Of a stretch of DNA of 64,000 nucleotides, positions 59,638 to 64,000 are shown in pieces (the stretch's first letter is position 1; each line of letters opens with the position of its first letter). The position numbers were made by a program, and so were the translations under genes. The stretch is from positions 1,824,001-1,888,000 of the forward strand of contig OZ257142.1 in NCBI GenBank assembly GCA_965279035.1, given 5' to 3'. The DNA comes from Bacteroidia bacterium. GTDB lineage: Bacteria; Bacteroidota; Bacteroidia; M30B66. The notes under the pieces were generated by a model. The model did no database searches. It was not told the DNA's origin and saw only the letters and a program-made list of their open reading frames with translations.

Positions 59638-60501
59638 TCAGGGTTCTGTTTTAATGATAAATGTTGAGTAATACACCATGTTGGGTAACTCAATGTATTT
59701 TTCTATAGAAGATCGAATAGTTACTGTTGTTTCATAAGGAACAGATAAGGACGATTCGGTTGGTTTCCAAGGTTTATCAAAGTTGATAAGCAAAATATCA
59801 CCTTCACCACCACCAACAGGTTTATATCCAGCAGTAGAACCCGGAAATTCCTGAACATTGAATTCACTTTTGAGAATATCGTAACACTTAGATATACTCT
59901 TTGATACAGCCGCAACTTCCACAATTTTCAAAAATTGATCGGAAGAAAAGTCACCCGTTACTTCTGTTCCAAATTCCTTACGAGCAACCAACTCTACGAT
60001 ATTTCCTGTAGGATCTTCGAAATAAATAGAACGTGCATTTTGTGCAGGATTCGAAACGATTTCAGCTCCAGTTGTTTCGTCTTTTAGGATGTTTACCGGA
60101 CTGCTTGGACCGTTGAGGTATTTTCCATTTGGATTTTTAAGCCAATCCAAAGTCTTTTCTATTTGATTTTTAGGAATCAAAATGCTGAAATGATTAACAA
60201 TAGGATCGCCGCTAGCTAATAAATTAAATGTTAATCGGGAATTCCCAAGCTTCACTGTAAAGCCATGAAGTGTAGTATCGATGACTTGCAAGTGCAAGGA
60301 GCCTTCCCAAAATTCACGCGACTTTTCGACATTATTTGTCTTGATTTCTAATTCTTTAATTTCTAAAGATTGCGAAGGATAATCGATTGTTTTTAAATCT
60401 TCCTTTTTACATGAAGAATAAACACAAGTCAATGCGATCGTAATCAAACTAAGGATTACAAAACTTTTATATTGAACAAACTGCTTTCTTAAGATACTCA
60501 T
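59638..60501 (-). CDS. VOC/glyoxalase-fold lipoprotein
   Basis: Lipobox YSSC; HF.I.IP, SIYF.DP.GNIVELVAR. Confidence 0.75.
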   Translation of the reverse strand: MSILRKQFVQYKSFVILSLITIALTCVYSSCKKEDLKTIDYPSQSLEIKELEIKTNNVEKSREFWEGSLHLQVIDTTLHGFTVKLGNSRLTFNLLASGDPIVNHFSILIPKNQIEKTLDWLKNPNGKYLNGPSSPVNILKDETTGAEIVSNPAQNARSIYFEDPTGNIVELVARKEFGTEVTGDFSSDQFLKIVEVAAVSKSISKCYDILKSEFNVQEFPGSTAGYKPVGGGEGDILLINFDKPWKPTESSLSVPYETTVTIRSSIEKYIELPNMVYYSTFIIKTEP

Positions 60502-62090
60502 TTGCGTTTTGCCTTTTGTTTTGCTTGTAGTTTCGCTTTTTGTTTGGCTCTAGAAAGTTTCTTTTTCTCCGACTTGGTTAATTTGACCTTTTTAGTTTGT
60601 GTAAAGTATTCAGGAACTGTATCGTCTTGAGAATAATCACGATCTAAAGCGAAACTCAACCCAACACGAATCACAGGACTTGCTTCCCACACTTCGCCTT
60701 CTAAATATCCGCGCGTTTTATAACCAGCTTGGAAAGCCAGCGACATTGGGTGAATCCAATCTTTGGTTAAAAGTAGATTTCCGCTTAAAATGGCAGCTCC
60801 TCCCCAATTAATGGGAAGTGATGATTGTGCAATCCAATCTTTAAAGAAATAGCGTTGTTTCCAAATGCTAACATGCGCATTGAGACTGAAGTTAGTGCTT
60901 CTTTTTAGATTGAAGATTTTAACACCACCACCATATGATTCGGAGAAATTTCCTGTTCCGATTCGGCTATAAAGCTGAATCATTTGACAATGTTTTGTTA
61001 GTGTGAGCGAAGGAATCCATTCAGGACCAAACGGTGTAAATCCTAATCGAACCCAAGGCAAAGCATATTTTCCATATCCCAATTTGATAGCTGGTGTAGC
61101 CATCGAATCTTGTCCTTGAATCATGTATTTATAAAACACACTATATAATGCAGTATAGAACGTTGGATTGGTAAAAGTAGCAATGGCGTAATCTCGTTTT
61201 AGATCGCTTGCTTTGTATTTGTAGTCGCTATAAAAACCAAATTGTCGGTTGGTATAATACAGCCAATTACCAGCTGCTGAATTTCCAGGTTCTTGGTTTG
61301 AAGATAATGATAGAACGCTTGCTAAACCAGCCATTTGCGCCCGAACCAAATGAAGTGATTCTCGGTAGTTGAGCGATTTTCTTTGCATCCACCTTAATGA
61401 AATCTGATCAGAAGCAATCGATCCTGCATCCAAGGCGGCTCCTGATATTTGAGCTAATTGCATGCGTGAAGCTTGATCTTCAATTACCGGCCTATCGTAT
61501 TTCATGCTACCAACCGGTTTCCATAATGCAAGCGGGTAGGGCGGTGTGAATGAATAGCCAACTCCTTTCAGCTTAAACTCACGTGTTCTTCCCATCGATC
61601 CAAAGAAATCTTCTTCAGCCGATAGTAAGAGTGATTCAATAGGTGCATCAATCAAAAAGATTTTTCCAAAACGATACAAAATTGACCAGGTAACTTCCGA
61701 TCGTGTGGTATCACCTCGCCAACGGACAGGTAAGATCGAATCTTCCCAAGCGCTCAACTTTTTTTCAAGTGTTAAAACAGATGGAATACCTGCATTGGCA
61801 GTCATTGGCCAATCTAACAATACATTGTATTGAATGCGATCGCTGTATTGAATTTTGAATTTTCTAATTTTTCGTGCTGGGCGAGGTGGGCGTAAAACAG
61901 CACCATCTTTTAGTACACGTTGATTTTTTTCTTTAAAAAGTGAATCACGCCAAAACTCAGTCGTATCAACGCGTATCGTATCTTTTTTAGGCTTTATTGT
62001 ATCACGAAAAGTAGCTTGTGTACGGTTAGGTACCTGAGCTTTGCTTATCAGTGGGGAAATAAGGATTATCAGGAGGAGAATTCTTCTCAT
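60498..62090 (-). CDS. Hypothetical exported/outer-membrane protein
   Basis: Signal peptide; C-terminal beta strands (TPFGPE, GYKTRGYL.G); Lys-rich tail. Confidence 0.65.
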   Translation of the reverse strand: MRRILLLIILISPLISKAQVPNRTQATFRDTIKPKKDTIRVDTTEFWRDSLFKEKNQRVLKDGAVLRPPRPARKIRKFKIQYSDRIQYNVLLDWPMTANAGIPSVLTLEKKLSAWEDSILPVRWRGDTTRSEVTWSILYRFGKIFLIDAPIESLLLSAEEDFFGSMGRTREFKLKGVGYSFTPPYPLALWKPVGSMKYDRPVIEDQASRMQLAQISGAALDAGSIASDQISLRWMQRKSLNYRESLHLVRAQMAGLASVLSLSSNQEPGNSAAGNWLYYTNRQFGFYSDYKYKASDLKRDYAIATFTNPTFYTALYSVFYKYMIQGQDSMATPAIKLGYGKYALPWVRLGFTPFGPEWIPSLTLTKHCQMIQLYSRIGTGNFSESYGGGVKIFNLKRSTNFSLNAHVSIWKQRYFFKDWIAQSSLPINWGGAAILSGNLLLTKDWIHPMSLAFQAGYKTRGYLEGEVWEASPVIRVGLSFALDRDYSQDDTVPEYFTQTKKVKLTKSEKKKLSRAKQKAKLQAKQKAKRK

Positions 62091-62182
62091 GCGTTCTTGT
62101 GGGCGGATACAAAACTATCCAAACTCTACGAAATTCAAACATTTAAGTAAGGGAGTTTCCAACAGTCTCAAATTCAGGGAAA

Positions 62183-62869
62183 TTAACCTAAATGTTTCAA
62201 TGCTTCTCGCCGACTTAGGTTAGAAATTGGGTTGTTTTCGACGAATAAAACGACTTTTTTGGGGAATGATTTAGCCAATTCTCTTAAAGACCAACCGATC
62301 GCTTTGCGAATAAAAAACTTTTTTTCGTTCATTCGATTTTGAATCAATTGAAATTGAAGTTCGATGTTGGTTTCTTTCTTATACTTCAATTGAATTAAAA
62401 TGCTGGCGCGCTGTAGCCAGAAGTTGGAATTGTAATTCCATCTCAATGCAGTTGGAGATAGAAGCTCAGGATATTTTTGACAGACCGATGCAGTTAAAAC
62501 AGGACTAATAAAATCAATTGTATCCCACCAGGAATGTTTAAGCATCAATTCTTCAAATAATACTAAGTGGTGTTCATTGAACTGTTTTCGTTGATGGAAG
62601 AGGCATTCCATAGCGAAGTAATGATATTCCCGAATAGGTAAATCCCAAAGCATTGGAACTAATTCTTCGCAGGTTTCTAGTGTTGGTTTGTTGAATTGAT
62701 TGAATAATGAACGCGTTAATTCTGCACGTATCGGTTTCTGAATTCCAAGATATTGAAATTGATATTTCATATACGCCTCCATTGCAGAAGCTTTATCTGT
62801 ATTGGCTGCTTTTTGAAAGGCGATTTGAACTTTTTCAAACCATTCATGAGCCGAAAGTGTCGATTTCAT
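62183..62869 (-). CDS. alkD: DNA alkylation repair protein, AlkD family
   Basis: M.AYMK.QF..LGI..P.R, WWDT.D, FFI.KAIGW.LRE, LS.REALK. Confidence 0.88.
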   Translation of the reverse strand: MKSTLSAHEWFEKVQIAFQKAANTDKASAMEAYMKYQFQYLGIQKPIRAELTRSLFNQFNKPTLETCEELVPMLWDLPIREYHYFAMECLFHQRKQFNEHHLVLFEELMLKHSWWDTIDFISPVLTASVCQKYPELLSPTALRWNYNSNFWLQRASILIQLKYKKETNIELQFQLIQNRMNEKKFFIRKAIGWSLRELAKSFPKKVVLFVENNPISNLSRREALKHLG

Positions 62870-62946
62870 CTTGCCAATATAAATCCCTTTTAACAAAAAA
62901 AAGACGCAAAGAATTTCTTCGATGCGCCTTTCTATGGGTTGGGTTT

Positions 62947-63477
62947 TTATTGTTTAACGTATTGTATTTCTGCTGCAATTCGAACATCTTCACTAACTAA
63001 TACACCACCAGTTTCGGTAGCTGCATTCCATGTTAAGCCAAAATCTTTTCGGTTAATACTACCCGAAACAGTAAATCCTGCTTTTAGATTTCCCCATGGA
63101 TCTTTGGCAATACCTCCTAACTCAGCTTTTAAACTTACTGATTTAGTTACATCACGTATAGTAAGATCGCCGTGAATAGTGAATTCTTCCTCATTTTTCT
63201 TCTCAATCGAAGTCGATTCAAATGTCATGTACGGAAATTTCTCAGCACTGAAAAAGTCATCCGATTTTAGATGAGCATCACGTTGCTCATTTCCAGTATT
63301 GATAGTATTTAACGCAGCTTTTAAACTGATTTTAGCTGTCGAAAAATCATTTTCTTCGGTTGTAACTTCACTTTCAAATTGACCGAAACTGCCTGTTACA
63401 GTTGTGATCATTAAGTGTTTTACTTTAAACTGCAATTCACTGTGTGTTGGGTCGAGCACCCATTTTGTTGAACTCAT
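62947..63477 (-). CDS. YceI family protein
   Basis: W.LDP.HS...F.VKHLM, RDAHL.S.DFF, G.LTIR.VTK. Confidence 0.95.
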   Translation of the reverse strand: MSSTKWVLDPTHSELQFKVKHLMITTVTGSFGQFESEVTTEENDFSTAKISLKAALNTINTGNEQRDAHLKSDDFFSAEKFPYMTFESTSIEKKNEEEFTIHGDLTIRDVTKSVSLKAELGGIAKDPWGNLKAGFTVSGSINRKDFGLTWNAATETGGVLVSEDVRIAAEIQYVKQ

Positions 63478-63502
63478 GATTGATTGGGTTTATGTGTATT
63501 TA

Positions 63503-64000
63503 TTAAAGATTCATTGGAACTTCCATGACCAAAATTTCGGATTTTTCGAGCGTCTCAAATTGTAAGGAATCTGTTTCCCAAACACCCATTCCATCACGTT
63601 TATTAAGCACATTTCCATTGATACTCAAACTACCTTCTAACACAAAAACATAGATTCCGTTTCCTTGTTTCTTAAGTTGATAGCTAGTTTTAAATCCCGA
63701 GTCAAAACTGCCTAGATGAAACCAAGCATCTTGATAAATCCAAACACCTTCATCCTCCGCATTGGGAGAAAGAATTTGTTGAAGTTGATTGTGTCGATTT
63801 GATTTTGGAAAATGGAGTTGATCATATCTCGGTTTTACATCCCGTTTATTTGGATACACCCAGATTTGAAGAAAATTCACCAGCTTTTCTGTATTGCGGT
63901 TATACTCTGAATGAGTAATTCCCGATCCAGCACTCATCACTTGAACATCATTTTCTTTGATCACTTGCACATTACCCATGCTGTCTTTGTGTTCCAAATC
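63503..64000 (-). CDS. Pirin family protein (5' part outside the window)
   Basis: EHKDSMGN, VQVMSAGSGI.HSE.N, FLQIWV. Confidence 0.92.
   Translation of the reverse strand, partial: DLEHKDSMGNVQVIKENDVQVMSAGSGITHSEYNRNTEKLVNFLQIWVYPNKRDVKPRYDQLHFPKSNRHNQLQQILSPNAEDEGVWIYQDAWFHLGSFDSGFKTSYQLKKQGNGIYVFVLEGSLSINGNVLNKRDGMGVWETDSLQFETLEKSEILVMEVPMNL

Overview
AT-rich Bacteroidota chromosome segment (five type IX secretion cargo proteins, TAnnTTTG promoter boxes). It is dominated by a ~7,020-aa Thr/Ser/Gly/Asn-rich beta-helical T9SS surface protein (17.3-38.4 kb). The 11.7-16.9 kb region is a mosaic of palindromic REP-like repeats colonised by two mobile units. The first is a complete IS110 element whose left end encodes a readable bridge RNA: its target loop matches the host CAYCAGCACACC repeat, its donor loop matches its own circle junction, and that junction reconstitutes a Bacteroidota promoter. 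The second is a probable orphan integron-type gene cassette. Other notable items: a histidine kinase with an ETR1-type ethylene-receptor domain lacking the Asp/Lys pair, tandem Cys-rich lipoproteins, an IS1595 with TIRs and an 8-bp TSD, a candidate sRNA and a structured helicase leader. The rest is ordinary housekeeping and accessory genes. All calls were made by eye; no database searches were run.
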